Part shown: piece by piece, positions 48,621-62,289 of the stretch
Layout: the number at the start of each line of letters is the position of its first letter
Numbering within the stretch: position 1 is the stretch's first letter
Source: Macrostomum hystrix
Taxonomy: Eukaryota; Animalia; Platyhelminthes
Length of the DNA stretch: 64,000 nt
Assembly (NCBI GenBank): GCA_950097015.1
Contig: CATNEN010000038.1
Coordinates: 32,798,001-32,862,000 of the forward strand
Direction: 5' to 3'
Notes under the pieces: model-generated
Database searches by the model: none
Seen by the model: only the letters and a program-made list of their open reading frames with translations
Told to the model about the DNA's origin: nothing
Translations under genes and position numbers: made by a program

Positions 48621-49889
48621 TCTAAGGACCAAGGACCCTTCTTGAAAAAGAAAGTATGGCAAAATGACTCACCGATCAAGATCCACCAAATTGCAAATAG
48701 TTTTTTGATCGACAAAAAATAAGGAGCGAACATACTGACGACCTCAGACTACAATGATAAGTCGATAAGTCCCAGACTTTTTTTACTGCGGTTATACGTA
48801 TTTTACGGTGTTGAAGATTTCGAAAATCAGTGTCTGCGCTTATGCAGTTAAAGTCCTTTATAGCTGCTGACTTGTAAATTACTCTTGACATGACAGAAAT
48901 TGTTCTATCCTTCAACTATTTCTTAACAAAGCAACTCTTTCTTATTGAGAGAGTATCAATTTCTCAGCATTCCTCGCTTCCTGGAGTTTGAGCACACACG
49001 CAGCATCACTGAAAGGAACTAGTTTTTATTTCCTATGTTTGAAGTGTCTTAAATTCAGTTTGGAACAAAATAAAATGGTGTAAACACAGATGTCAGTATA
49101 AAATATTTGTTCTTCTTTTCAGAAGAAAGTTAGCAGCAGCAAGAAATATGGCTCCTGTAAATAGAGTTTAACTTATCTTGCAGCAGTGCTCAGACTGACT
49201 GACAGTCCATCAACTGACAGAGAAGATTAACCCCAGTTACAAGAGTGCAAATTTCTCATTTCCTTTTATTCGCACTCCCTATGACAGTCACATTAATTTT
49301 CATCATTACTTTTGTCATTTTGTCACTATAATAAATTATAATGAAGACACCATTTTTTTAATTGAATTCGTTCTACATTTAATTTAATATACATTCGATC
49401 GAGTCAATTTTGAAACATAATAGAGGCGGTTCTAAACGAACTGTTTCAACCCTGGCTTTTATGCTTTTAACAGTCGAGACTATTAGTTGCATTTTTTATT
49501 TAACGAGTGTTTTTTTTCATTAAAAAACAATGAAATCGTTGCTAAAATATTCACAGTTAATTTACATGCAAATTTTATCATAAAAAGTTTAGTTTCATAT
49601 TTTCTAAAAAGTTATATACGAGCTACAGCAAGGCACGTCAAGCAAATTTGAAAAAAGCACTAAGCTAGAAACGTAAAATTTTTCTGCTATCATCCAACTA
49701 AAATCTAACTAAATTAAAGAGTTTTACAAATCAGAAAGTTTGAATCATTTTCTATGAATATAACAAATCATAAAATTTAGATGATTAACTGTCGATTATC
49801 GTTGTGCATTTAATATCAATATTACTGACAAAAATTTACTTCTGACTTCTTACTTGGAAACAAATTAATGCACTCGACATTTCGTCTCT

Positions 49890-50162
49890 CAGGCAGCCAC
49901 CCTACTCCGGATTTCGTCCCTCGGGTAGCCACCTCACTCCCTATTTCGCCCATGGGCAGCCACCCCACTCGCTATTTCGTCCATCGGGCAGCCACCCCAC
50001 TCCCTATTTCGTCCCTCGGCCAGCCACCCCACTCGCGATTTCGTCCCTCGGCCAGCCACCCCACTCGCGATTTCGTCCCTCGGCCAGCCACCCCACTCCC
50101 TATTTCGTCCCTCGGCCAGCCACCCCACTCCAATTTTCGTCCATCGTGCAGCCACCTCACTC
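49890..50162. repeat. ~30 bp repeat (GCCAGCCACCCCACTCSCKATTTCGTCCCTCG)
   Basis: About 8 copies. Confidence 0.85.
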
Positions 50163-50642
50163 TAAGCTAGCGTAAAATTCGTAATGTCCACAATACACTG
50201 CAGCAATTTCTACAGTGCGCAGTCCAGCAGCATCATGCGGATGCTCTGAAGCGCAGCATTACTGTCACCAGCTCCATTGACGTACATCGGCCTTGAGCTA
50301 TCCACAATAGCAGACGAGAAGTAGACTCCATTCGGGTTGAAAGAGGCGCACGAGTTAAATTAAATTAAATTCAGTCAGTCAGTCAGTTTAAACTGACAAT
50401 TTTTTTAAATTGGCAAACTGATAAATTTGCTTGCTTCTTGCATTCAATGTAGAATTAGTTCAGCGATATTAAAAACTTAAAAAATAACCACAGGTATTTG
50501 TATTTGAGGTGAACGGTTTCTTAACCATCAACGGTTTCTTTAATCATACAAACAACAATGCATGATTAAAGAAATGAATCTCTGATAAGAGATTCATTTG
50601 TCAGAAGGATAATACGAAATATTGCATAAATTTTAAACACTC

Positions 50643-50926
50643 ATTGTCTAACAGCAACACCGATTGTCTAACAGCTAACACCCACTGTCTAACAGCTAAC
50701 ACCCACTGTCTAACAGCAACACCGATTGTCTAACAGCCAACACCCACTGTCTAAAAGCAAACACCCATTGTCTAACAGCCAACACCCACTGTCTAACAGC
50801 AAACACCCATTGTCTAACAGCCAACACCCACTGTCTAACAGCAAACACCCATTGTCTAACAGCCAACACCCACTGTCTAACAGCAAACACCCATTGTCTA
50901 ACAGCCAACACCCACTGTCTAACAGG
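50643..50926. repeat. 21 bp minisatellite (TGTCTAACAGCMAACACCCAY)
   Basis: Tandem array. Confidence 0.9.
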
Positions 50927-51052
50927 CAAGTCGTCTTTAAAGTATACCAGTTTTACTTACTATCCAATAATAATCAGATATCAATATGATATGCATTTAG
51001 TTTTTCCATATTCTATGAAAAGCGATAAAAAATAAAAATATTTGTCCTCAGA

Positions 51053-51800
51053 TTATGATTCGTGGCCAAATTGCTGCTGTTGCTGCTGCTGCACCCGCCT
51101 TAACGGCATGCGCCACATATCCCTGGAAGTTAATCCTGCCGTTCTGATTGTTGCAGCATCGACACCGGATGATGACAGCCTAGAGTTGGAAGATTCGCAA
51201 AGTCGAGAAATCCGTTTCTCCAACTGATCCACAGAGCTCCTGACTTGAGCTAAATCAGTGCGAATCTCCTGCAACAGCTGACGCTCTTGGGAGTCTAGAT
51301 TGGCCTGACTGCAGTTGCTAGGCAACGCTGAACTCGATGACGATGGTGGCGAGTCCTTCCAGGATGCTGCAAGCGAATTCGGTGGATCATGAACAGGTGT
51401 CATTATTGTCTAACAGATTTCATCATTTTCTGACGGGTGTCATCATTATCTAACAGGTGTGTATTTTTGTCTAGCCGACTTTTTTAACGATTTTTTTCGA
51501 ACCGGTCCCTACTACTCTAACAGGTGTCTCTGTATCTAACAGGTGTCTCTCTGTATCTAACAGGTGTCTCTGTATCTAACAAGTGTCTCTCTGTATCTAA
51601 CAGGTGTCTCTCTGTATCTAACAGGTGTCTATCTGTATCTAACAGGTGTCTCTCTGTATCTAACAGGTGTCTCTCTGTATCTAGCAGGTGTCTCTCTGTA
51701 TCTAACAGGTGTCACAATATATTAAACAGTTTTCACCATTATGCTGACTGTAACTATTGAAACTTTCAATTCCGTTATTAACTTACAAGTTGATGTTACT

Positions 51801-51839
<39 letters not shown>

Positions 51840-54800
51840 TGATGATTTCTCCGCACCAACTGGGCGATAGCAGCGAAACCGCCGCCAGCCGGCTGCCTGG
51901 CACCGGTCTGCGCGGAACCAGTTCCGGAACCCGGCGGATTGTCGCGGAACCGAATGAGCTCCGTGGCCTCCGACCTGATGTTCTTGACACTTTCGGGAAA
52001 GTACCTATTGTTGACGAATGCGGATGATGAAAAAGGCTTGTTAAGTTACATGCATCGGGCAGACTAAATGCTAGTTCAGGCATTTGATGTACAGAATTTA
52101 CAATAAATTCGACAAAATCAAGCAGACCAATTAAAAAACGGAACACAAATAAATAGGTGATTGAAAACAAGATTTAAAATCAATTGCGGATGAGGACATT
52201 TACAGTAGAGGTACATTGCTGCAGTAATTGTTATTTCCACTGCAATCAATTGCGTGCTAGAATGCATAATCAAAACTTGCTACTTGAAGTAACATTGTTC
52301 AGACAAAAGGCTGTTGAAGCAACAAATTAAATTAAACTGTCTTGAGTAAAAACTAAGGCACGAGATTTTCATTCGCTTAAAATTTTGAACTTTTTTCAAT
52401 TTTTAACAGGTGTTATCATTAACCTACACCTGTGCCGCTGTTCTCGTTATCATACTCGTTATCATATTACTACGATTTATAATTAAGATTCGGCGATGTA
52501 TGATAAATTAAAAAAATCTTATATATTTTTGCTTTAAGTAGCATGGTGTGAGTATCGTGTTAGTGATGTGATAGACGATTAAGATAATTTACGGGAAATT
52601 ATTTTTCTAAAAGTGCAATAATTTTAATTAAGCTAACATGCTAAATTATTGTTAATTATACCTGCAAGCTGCCGGATTTGGCGATAATCCAGCGAGTTTA
52701 TTCTGACTGGAAGCCAGTTTGTCCCACAAGAATTTAGCCGACTTCCTGTGGCAACGAAATATAACAAAAAAAGTTTTTTTGGCGGGATTTTTCGATTTTT
52801 TCTAGGTTTTCCCCCCATAAAAATGGGAAAAATGCGCAAATTGAATTTTTCTGTTTTGCGTCGCAACAACATTTACGAAATGCGAAAATTAAAGTTTTTT
52901 TAATGAAAATTCCGAATTGAACCAGACTATGTCAATATAAAACTAGCATATCTAAGCAACTTTTATAGCAATCATGTGTCTATTCTCTCCCATCTTTAAC
53001 TTTAAAAGTTGCAGAGCACAATTATTTGCATTAACTCAAAATATTCTTGCTAATAAAATGTGCAGATATAACTTGATTATTCAATCCTTCAGATCCTCAT
53101 TCACAGATTCCCAATCCTCATTCACAGATTCCCAATCCTTCAGATCCTCATTCACAGATCCCTAATCCTTCAGATCCTCATTCACAGATTCACAATCCTT
53201 CAGATCCTCATTTACTGATCCCCAATCCTTCAGAACCTCATTTACTGATCCCAAATCCTTCAGATCCTCATTCACAGATCCCCAATCCTTCAGATCCTCA
53301 TTGACTGATCCTCAATACTTCAGATCCTCATTTACTGATCCCAAATTCTTCAGATCCTCATTCACAGATCCCCAATCCTTCAGATCCTCATTCACAGATC
53401 CCTAATCCTTCAGATCCTCATTCACAGATCCCTAATCCTTCAGATCCTCATTCACAGATCCCTAATCCTTCAGATCCTCATTTACTGATCCCAAATCCTT
53501 CAGATCCTCATTTACTGATCCCTAATCCTTCAGATCCTCATTTACTGATCCCAATCCTTCAGATCTTCATTCACAGATCCCCAATCCTTCAGATCCTCAT
53601 TCACAGATCCCTAATCCTTCAGATCCTCATTTACTGATCCCAAATCCTTCAGATCCTCATTTACTGATCCCTAATCCTTCAGATCCTCATTTACTGATCC
53701 CCAATCCTTCAGATCTTCATTCACAGATCCCCAATCCTTCAGATCCTCATTTACTGATCCCAAATCCTTCAGATCCTCATTCACAGATCCCTAATCCTTC
53801 AGATCTTCATTTTCTGATCCCAAATCCTTCAGATCCTCATTCACAGATCCCTAATCCTTCAGAACCTCATTTACTGAACCCCAATCCTTCAGCTCCACAG
53901 ACGCTGATCCCAGATAATCTCCTGAATCTTCCACTCACCTGGCTATCGATCCGTTGGAGTCTTTCTTCTCCGCGACAGCTTTTTCGAGTCGTCGCCTGTC
54001 ATTGCCGGTCGTCATCCGCTGGTCACCCGGAGTTTTGCCCAGCTCTCCGTCCGAGTCGCTCTCGTCCTGTTCTTCGCCGATTGACGGCAAGGCGCTGGAG
54101 GGCGACTGAGCCCTGTCTGAGCCTTCGGCGGCTTCGGGATCGCCCTGCGGTGATTGATGACCAGCTGGTGAGCGCGATTTTAATCTCAACTCTATCTTTC
54201 TCTTCCACTCATTCCAGCACTGTCAGTCCCGTCTCTACTCTTGACTTGACTCTTTGCAGAGTGCATCTGCTCGAGCGGGTGCAGCGGTAAAGCAGGGATG
54301 ACCGCCCATTCTGCTAGCCCTTAGCCATCTCAATACACTTCCTCTTTCTCCTCTATCCTCTCCCCACTCTGTCCCCTCTGTCTCCACTCTCCTCTGTCTC
54401 CACTCTCCTCTGTCTCCACTCTCCTCTGTCTCCACTCTCCTCTGTCTCCACTCTCCTCTGTCTCCACTCTCCTCTGTCTCCACTCTCCTCTGTCTCCACT
54501 CTCCTCTGTCTCCACTCTCCTCTGTCTCCACTCTCCTCTGTCTCCACTCTCCTCTGTCTCCACTCTCCTCTGTCTCCACTCTCCTCTGTCTCCACTCTCC
54601 TCTGTCTCCACTCTCCTCTGTCTCCACTCTCCTCTGTCTCCACTCTCCTCTGTCTCCCTCTTTGTCCGTTTCTCCTATTTCTCCCCTCTCTCTTAATTCT
54701 CCCCTTTCTCCTATTTCTCCCCTCTCTCTTAATTCTCCCCTTTCTCATATTTCTCCCCTTTCTCCTATTTCTCCCCTCTCTGCTATTTCTCCCCTTTCTC

Positions 54801-57800
54801 CTATTTCTCCCCTCTCTCCTAATTCTCCCCTTTCTCATATTTCTCCCCTTTCTCCTATTTCTCCCCTTTCTCCTATTTCTCCCCTCTCTCCTATTTCTCC
54901 CCTTTCTCCTATTTCTCCCCTTTCTCCTATTTCTCCCCTTTCTCATATTTCTCCCCTTTCTCCTATTTCTCCCCTTTCTCCTATTTCTCCCCTTTCTCCT
55001 ATTTCTCCCCTTTCTCCTATTTCTCCCCTTTCTCTTATTTCTCCCCTTTCTCCTATTTCTCCCCTTTCTCCTATTTCTCCCCTTTCTCCTATTTCTCCCC
55101 TTTCTCCTATTTCTCCCCTTTCTCCTATTTCTCCCCTTTCTCCTATTTCTCCCCTTTCTCCTATTTCTCCTCCTCTCATATTTCTCCCCTCCTTCCTAAT
55201 TATACTCTCGCCTCTATTTCTCCTCTGCCCCCGCGATCTCATTTCTCTCCTCTCCATCTTCTCTCTCCCCTCTATCTCCTCTCTAAAATCCCTCATTCAA
55301 TCTAATAGTTTTGATTTTGTAGCGACTTCAAACTAAATTTCTCGGCAGCTATCGTGGGAGTTGTTAAAAAAGCTCTTAAGAAACCAGCAAAACTGAACAA
55401 GCAAAAAATATCCGAATTGAAAATAGTCGGGAGCTTAAGAAGTGGCCGCATCGATTAGGAAACAAGAATCTTTATCTAAGGTTAGAGAGAGAAAAACATA
55501 TACAGCTCGAAGTCTTACCAACCCATCGGTCGATTCTCGCATATTGAAGGTCAGATCATTGAGCAGATCTTCGCGAAATTTCGCACGGTACTCAGGGTAC
55601 TGACTGAGTAGGTCCATGAGACCTGCCACATCTATGCACTGGAGATCACAGTAGGTCAGGGAGCGGACATCGAAGCGAGATCTGATAAGAGGCGGCTGCT
55701 GCTGTTGCTGTTGCTCCTGCTGCTGCTGCTGCTGCTGCTGTTGCTGCTCAGTGTCGATGTCTGGACCGAACAAGTCCCCCTTTCCTAGAAATAAATTTGC
55801 CAAAATATTGTTCAGCCATGCATCGAAAACTTGTCTGAAAGGTCTAGCGTTTCAGTCTAACAGGTTTGGAGTTTCTGTCTAACAGGTTTGGAGTTTCTGT
55901 CTAACAGGTTTGGAGTTTCTGTCTAACAGGTTTGGAGTTTCTGTCTAACAGGTTTGGAGTTTCTGTCTAACAGGTTTGGAGTTTCTGTCTAACAGGTTTG
56001 GAGTTTCTGTCTAACTGGTTTGGAGTTTCTGTCTAACTGGTTTGGAGTTTCTGTCTAACAGGTTTGGAGTTTCTGTCTAACAGGTTTGGAGTTTCTGTCT
56101 AACAGGTTTGGAGTTTCTGTCTAACAGGTTTGGAGTTTCTGTCTAACAGGTTTGGAGTTTCTGTCTAACTGGTTTGGAGTTTCTGTCTAACAGGTTTGGA
56201 GTTTCTGTCTAACAGGTTTGGAGTTTCTGTCTAACAGGTTTTATGCTTTGTCTAACAGGTTGTATGTTTTGTCAAACAGGTTCTATTTTTGTCTAACAGG
56301 TTGTATGTTTTGTCTAACAGGTTCTATGTTTTGTCTAACAGGTTGTATGTTTTTTCTAACAGGTTGTATGTTTTGTCTAACAGGTTCTATGTTTTGTCTA
56401 ACCGGTTTGGAGTTTCTGTCTAACAGGTTTGGAGTTTCTGTCTAACAGGTTTGGAGTTTCTGTCTAACAGGTTTTATGCTTTGTCTAACAGGTTGTATGT
56501 TTTGTCAAACAGGTTCTATTTTTGTCTAACAGGTTGTATGTTTTGTCTAACAGGTTGTATGTTTTGTCTAACAGGTTGTATGTTTTGTCTAACAGGTTGT
56601 ATGTTTTGTCTAACAGGTTCTATGTTTTGTCTAACCGGTTTGGAGTTTCTGTCTAACAGGTTTGGAGTTTCTGTCTAACAGGTTTGGAGTTTCTGTCTAA
56701 CAGGTTTGGAGTTTCTGTCTAACAGGTTTGGAGTTTCTGTCTAACAGGTTTGGAGTTTCTGTCTAACAGGTTTGGAGTTTCTGTCTAACTGGTTTGGAGT
56801 TTCTGTCTAACAGGTCTAGGGTTTCTGTCTAACAGGTTTGGAGTTTCTGTCTAACAGGTTTGGAGTTTCTGTCTAACAGGTCTAGGGTTTCTGTCTAACA
56901 GGTTTGGAGTTTCTGTCTAACAGGTTTGGAGTTTCTGTCTAACAGGTTTGGAGTTTCTGTCTAACAGGTCTAGGGTTTCTGTCTGACAGGTTTGGAGTTT
57001 CTGTCTAACAGGTTTGGAGTTTCTGTCTAACAGGTTTTATGCTTTGTCTAACAGGTTGTATGTTTTGTCTAACAGGTTGCATGTTTTGTCTAACAGGTTC
57101 TATGTTTTGTCTAACAGGTTGTATGTTTTGTCTAACAGGTTCTATGTTTTGTCTAACAGGTTGTATGTTTCTTCTAACAGGTTCTATGTTTTGTCTAACA
57201 GGTTCTATGTTTCTTCTAACAGGTTCTATGTTTTGTCTAACAGGTTGTATGTTTCTTCTAACAGGTTCTATGTTTTGTCTAACAGGTTGTATGTTTTGTC
57301 AAACAGTTTCTATGTTTTGTCTAACAGGTTGTATGTTTTGTCTAACAGGTTCTATGTTTTGTCTAACAGGTTGTATGTTTTGTCTAACAGGTTGTATGTT
57401 TTGTCTAACAGGTTGTATGTTTTGTGTAACAGGTTCTATGTTTTGTCTAACAGGTTCTATGTTTTGTCTAACAGGTTCTATGTTTTGTCTAACAGGTTGT
57501 ATGTTTCTTCTAACAGGTTCTATGTTTTGTCTAACAGGTTGTATGTTTCTTCTAACAGGTTCTATGTTTTGTCTAACAGGTTCTATGTTTTGTCTAACAG
57601 GTTGTATCTCTCGCTTCTCGATCTCAGCAGCAGCAAGACTAACAAGCTTCAGCGCTCACCCAGCAGCGCCACCACCATGCCGTCTTTGAGAATCTCCATG
57701 GAACCGTTGACAACGAAGTAGATGTACTTAAGCGTGTCTCCGCAATGGACCAGGTACTCCTCGGGCCGGCAGAACAGAGTACCGATTCGCTGGGCAATGG

Positions 57801-60800
57801 CCTTCAAACAGCCGTGGCTCGCTGACTCAAATATTGGCAGGGAGAGAATCTCGCGGTTTAAGTGCAACGCAATGTCGCCGCGAAGTTCCTCCGAGAAGTC
57901 GCGCATGATCTGTAACAAATTTGACTCGGAATATCGCCGATTCTTTGGAATTTAGTGATTTGAAAAAATCGTCGATTTCGTGAATTAGTCGACTTCAGGA
58001 ATTCGTCGATTTTCCGAGAATTCGTTGATCTCGGGAATTCGTCGATTTTAGGAATTCGTCGATTTTATGAATTCGTCGATATGAGGAATTCATAGATTTC
58101 AGGAATTCGTCGATTTCAGGAATTCGTCGATTTCAGGAATTTTTCGATTTGAGGAATTCGTCTATTTTAGGAATTCGTCAATTTTAGTGTTTCGTCGACT
58201 TTCCGAGAATTCGTTGATTTCAGGAATTCGTCGATTTTCGGGGAATTCATCGATTTCAGGAATTTTTTATTTCGGAAATTCGTCGATTTTAGTTAATTGT
58301 CAACTCAGTCAATTTATCAAAACTAGGACGTGTATAGAAAAAAAATAAATTCATTATAATAACGGAAAACTGAATATGGAAGAACAATAGACAGCTCCGG
58401 GATTAGCGTTTTCGGATCTATATTTATCGGCTCGCTCACATCGCACGGGTTGATGCCACGGTTGATGGCCCACATGGCTTGAAAATACTCCTGCATGCGG
58501 CGCTTCAGATGCTTTGGAATGCGATGCGTCCTGGTGAAGTCCTTCAGCTCCTGGGTCTTAGCTGTGTATGCCGCCCTCTTGGCGTACATCTTCTGGATCA
58601 GGGCCGTCACATTGCCGAACACGGCGGCGTGCATCAGAGCTGGGGTGCGTGGGGGAGCGCGGAGACGAGCTGCCCTTGAAATTCTCTCCAAAATCTTCCC
58701 TAAAATTCCCGCGAATTTTTCCCTAAAATCCTCTACGAATTCTTCCCTAAAATCCTCTATGAATTCTTCCCTAAAATCCTCTACGAATTCTTGCCTAAAA
58801 TCCTCTACGAATTCTTGCCTAAAATCCTCTACGAAATCTTCCCTAAAATCCTCTACGAAATCTTCCCTAAAATCCTCTACGAATTCTTCCCTAAAATCCT
58901 ATACGAATTCTTCCCTAAAATCCTATACGAATTCTTCCCTAAAATCCTCTACGAATTCTTGCCTAAAATCATCTTTGAAATCTTCCCTAAAATCCTCTAC
59001 GAAATCTTCCCTAAAATCCTCTACGAAATCTTCCCTAAAATCCTCTACGAATTCTTCCCTAAAATCCTATACGAATTCTTCCCTAAAATCCTATACGAAT
59101 TCTTCCCTAAAATCCTCTACGAATTCTTTCCGAAATTCCTCTCCGATTTTTTCCATGAAAAATCCTAGCATTGTCATGACGGTGTATGAGCTTGCTCATG
59201 CAGGAACTAGAACTCGGTCATATGGGTCAGCTCACCTCCAATGAGCATCACGAAGATGCTGAATATTTTCTCGTGGTCCGTGTTAGCCGACACGTTGCCA
59301 AATCCTATGCTAGTCAAACTGCTGCAGGTGAAGTACAAGGCTGTGATGTACCTGGACGAATGACTTGGTCCGTTTGTCTGCGTCAAAGCACAACTGTCTG
59401 ACTGCTGTGAGCCAGTTGAATTGACCGACTCTGAGTCGCATGAGGCTCTCTCTAGACTGAATGGTGCGTTGATATCTAGGCTGAGTTTGGCAATCCAGCC
59501 TTCGGAGAAATGGTTATTCAGGGGTGACTTCTGTGATTAACTGTCCATTAATTAATAATTGATTACACCTGCCCCAATTGGGTCAGATGTGCAGCCGACA
59601 GCACAGCCGCAGCTAATGCGCGGCGTATCTGAAGGCTGCGTACAGCTGTTCAGTCCACGGACTGGGGGGACGCCACACCCACCTTCAATTATCCCAGCTG
59701 ATGCTGGTACCCATTTAACAGCTGGGTGAACTGAAGCAATGCAAAGTTAAGTGTCTTGCTAAAGGACACAAATTGTTCAGGGAGTCGGGAATCGAACCCC
59801 CGACCTTCAAGTCGTGAGTCCGACGCCCTAATGTCCTAACTGTCCATAAATGTAGCTCATATACCGTATATTGGTAATATTAATAATTGAAGACAATGAC
59901 ACCACATTTAGTGACAGTTGACCCGTCAGACAGCAAGGAGGAAATTCTGCCCCATTCTGTTGACTCTTGAGCACACAAGCTCACAGGTTTGTACATCTGC
60001 TCCTGACTTTCTTGTCGGTTGTTGTCGGAGAGCCTGGTGGCAAGGACAGCTAACATTGCCTTTTACTTAATAAAAAGACAATTTCACCAATCTACGAAAT
60101 AAGAAGGCGGCGTGTCGAGGAATCGAACTCATTTTAGCACTTAATCCCAGTTAAACACGATAGTATTTTCATCCTATTTATTTAATACTAGGATGGAAAG
60201 AATTTCACCAAGTCACGCGCGAAATACAGACACATCTTAGATATTATATTTGCTGTGATCACGGGTTGAGGTTAAAGCGGGTAGTTTCTTTCGGTAAACA
60301 ATAATTCTACCCAGCCGACAGGGTAGAAGAAAGAGATGGGGAGGCTTACAGAATAGGAGGCTCCCAGCTCGTCTTATCAGGACTACGCGATCGCCAGGTT
60401 AAACATGACAGGTATTTCCCAAAGCATTGCATTTTTCATGTCAGATTCTTTATATGGGAAACTCTTGCCTTTACACCCATGGTTCGGCTAACTTATTGGC
60501 TAGCTGGCCAAACAGAGAATCTAAAAGACGACAGCGGGCCGCATTAACTGTAGAAATATGAGATCAGACAGAGAAGAGATGAAAGCTAGTGAGATTAGAC
60601 ACAGGAGAGATGAGACACAGGAGAGATGAGACACAGGAGAGATGAGACACAGGAGAGAGATAAGACACGAGAGAGATGAGAGACGGGAGAGATGAGACAC
60701 GAGAGGGATGAGACTAAGGAGTGATGAGACACGGGAGAGATGAGACACGGGGTAGATGAGAGTAGATGAGACACGGGAGAGATGAGACACGGGGTAGATG

Positions 60801-62289
60801 AGAGTAGATGAGACACGGGAGAGATGAGACACGGGGTAGATGAGAGTAGATGAGACACGGGAGAGATGAAACACGGGAGAGATGAGACACGGGGTAGATG
60901 AGAGTAGATGAGACACGGGAGAGATGAGACACGGGAGAGATGAGACACGGGGTAGATGAGAGTAGATGAGACACGGGAGAGATGAGACACGGGAGAGATG
61001 AGACACGGGGTAGATGAGAGTAGATGAGACACGAGAGAGATGAGGCAGGGGAGAGATAAGACACGAGAGAGATGAGACACGGAAGAGATGAGACACGGGA
61101 GAGATGAGACATGATACTGTAGTGGCAACGGGGCGGATTTGGGAGCTTAGGGGCCTTATCTGGCCCGCGGGCCGGAGTTTGCTGACCCCAGCTTTGCACA
61201 AAAATTGCCCCACCCCAGTTTAATAGACGATTCTCACTTATATCCCTCGTAGCATTGACCTCGAGCTGTTTTCGACCGATGACCAACCAGACGCAGGCAA
61301 ACCAGTGAGCGCTGAGGGCAAACATTGAGATCAGCAGCAGCAGCACTAGGCTGGAGTACTGAGCGTACCGATCGATTTTCTGATAGAGCTTCACAAGGCG
61401 AAGCATGCGCGCCAGCTTCATCAAATTGAATGCCTCCTGTGCGCAATGATTTGTTATTTTCGTTAGTTTTTTTGTTAATCTACTCTCGCTTTTTCTACTG
61501 AGTTCGATGCGATGTGTGATGCTCGGGTCTGGGGGGGGCTGGAGCAGTTGGTTTGAGTAGAGTCGATGATTGTTTGCCGGCGGTTGCTGCGCTTGGCATG
61601 AGCTGGGATGGGCGTTTAGGATGAGTTCTCAGAGTAAACACACTCGCTGGGCTACGAGATAAACTGGTTGGCAGGTATATACTAAAGTACATTTCTGGCT
61701 TATGGAGTCTAGGGATATATATCGAGTGCCGGAATAATTTAAACAAAAAATAATTGATTACACCTGCACCGATTGAGCCAGCCGTAGCAATGGCGTGGCG
61801 CATCTGAGGGCTGCGTACAGCTGTTCGGTCCATGGACTGGGGGGGACGACACACCCGCCTCAATTAACCCAGCCAATGCTGGTACACATTTAACAGCAGG
61901 GTGAACAGAAGCAATTCAAAGTTAATTGTTTTGCTAAAGGACACAAATTGTTTCATTGGGGTCAGGAATCGAACCCCCGACCTTCAAGTCGTAAGTCCGA
62001 CGCTCTAACCACAAGGCTAAAAGCTCCTTGAGTATTGGAAATATGACTTTGAAATATGAAATGCGGCTTTAAAGTGAAAATGCAGACAGACTAACCAACA
62101 GACTCACCATTCTGGAAGCCCAGTCATGGCTGATGGCACTGCTGATGAGAATAATGATATCAAATGGAACAGCAGCCAGAAGGTCCAGAATAAACCAGGT
62201 CTTCAAATAGTTCAAAGCAATTTGCCTTTGGCAATAGACAACTTGTCCACTTTTGCTCACAAAAGTTGTGCAGAAGTTAATGCAAATAT
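51053..62289 (-). CDS. elk: EAG-family voltage-gated K+ channel, ELK (KCNH3/4/8-like); 5' exons lie beyond the window
   Basis: Exons 62289-62108, 61436-61238, 59499-59236, 58639-58440, 57909-57660, 55784-55519, 54144-53939, 52745-52662, 52004-51787, 51366-51053 (C-terminal exons less certain). S3 [18 protein letters not shown]4 [11 protein letters not shown], pore [21 protein letters not shown]6 [24 protein letters not shown]-terminal coiled coil. Confidence 0.92.
51515..51712. repeat. ~21 bp minisatellite (TATCTAACAGGTGTCTCTCTG)
   Basis: Tandem array in an ELK intron. Confidence 0.9.
53083..53892. repeat. 30 bp minisatellite (AATCCTTCAGATCCTCATTCACAGATCCCC)
   Basis: About 27 copies in an ELK intron. 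Confidence 0.95.
54370..55175. repeat. Pyrimidine-rich 16 bp (TCTCCACTCTCCTCTG) and 18 bp (TCTCCTATTTCTCCCCTT) arrays
   Basis: Two abutting arrays. Confidence 0.95.
55855..57606. repeat. 21/22 bp minisatellite (GTCTAACAGGTTTGGAGTTTCT / GTCTAACAGGTTGTATGTTTT)
   Basis: About 80 units of two interleaved variants. Confidence 0.95.
57965..58292. repeat. ~18 bp degenerate repeat (AGGAATTCGTCGATTTC)
   Basis: Tandem array. Confidence 0.85.
58690..59130. repeat. 24 bp minisatellite (CCCTAAAATCCTCTACGAATTCTT)
   Basis: Tandem array. Confidence 0.9.
59548..59832 (-). mobile_element. SINE family A copy
   Basis: Nearly identical to 38320-38600. Confidence 0.85.
60560..61112. repeat. GAGATGAGACACGGGA-type purine-rich array
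   Basis: Tandem array in an ELK intron. Confidence 0.85.
61140..61192. mobile_element. Possible hAT-type MITE terminus
   Basis: GGCCCGCGGGCCGGAGTTTGCTGACCCC resembles subterminal/TIR sequence of non-autonomous hAT elements. The partner end was not clearly found. Confidence 0.3.
61750..62019 (-). mobile_element. SINE family A copy (diverged)
   Basis: Collinear with 38320-38613. Confidence 0.8.
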
